Positions 63,954-64,000 of a DNA stretch of 64,000 bases are shown here, piece by piece. Position numbers and translations under genes: made by a program. Position 1 is the first letter of the stretch. Every line of letters starts with the position of its first letter. The stretch spans positions 128,169,394 to 128,233,393 of the forward strand of contig NC_068982.1 of the NCBI RefSeq assembly GCF_001194135.2. Reading direction: 5' to 3'. The notes beneath the pieces were generated by a model. It had not been told where the DNA came from. It was given only the letters and a program-made list of their open reading frames with translations, and did no database searches. This DNA is from Octopus bimaculoides. Lineage: Eukaryota.

Positions 63954-64000
<47 letters not shown>

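Noticed and set aside
54679-64000. Search for the upstream MLCK exon carrying the first half of the Ig domain; donor-like sites near 57160, 60800 and 55500
   Set aside because: Each candidate had in-frame stops or no Ig pattern; the exon is probably outside the window or in a gap.

Overview
AT-rich, microsatellite- and repeat-dense animal genomic DNA. The SINE and RTE families look like those of coleoid cephalopods, most likely Octopus (my recognition; no database search was run). Two convergent, intron-rich genes are partly present. (1) On the minus strand is the 3' part of a myosin light chain kinase-like gene. I assembled nine GT-AG exons (54678 down to 17902) with fully consistent phases, about 526 aa: half Ig, Ig, CaMK-group kinase, autoinhibitory/calmodulin-binding segment, short Ser-rich tail. 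Its 5' end was not found in the window. (2) On the plus strand is the 3' end of an unidentified gene: four phase-compatible exons (90-9313) encoding a small Cys/His finger-like motif, a ubiquitin-interacting motif (UIM)-like helix and a long acidic Ser/Thr/Asn-rich tail. The rest is mostly transposon material: young RTE-clade LINE fragments, two decayed CR1/Jockey-group-like LINE relics, three mariner relics (two with terminal inverted repeats, TIRs), piggyBac-type and hAT-type MITEs, several tRNA-derived SINE families (including two head-to-tail chains), a decayed tRNA-Asp and an unclassified CpG-rich element with a pseudoknot-capable segment. Seven N gaps limit interpretation. No CRISPR array or prokaryotic feature is present, and I found no clearly new biological system. 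The best leads are the unidentified finger+UIM gene, a relocated copy of a mariner end plus its flank, the SINE chains and the structured segment near 63.4 kb.
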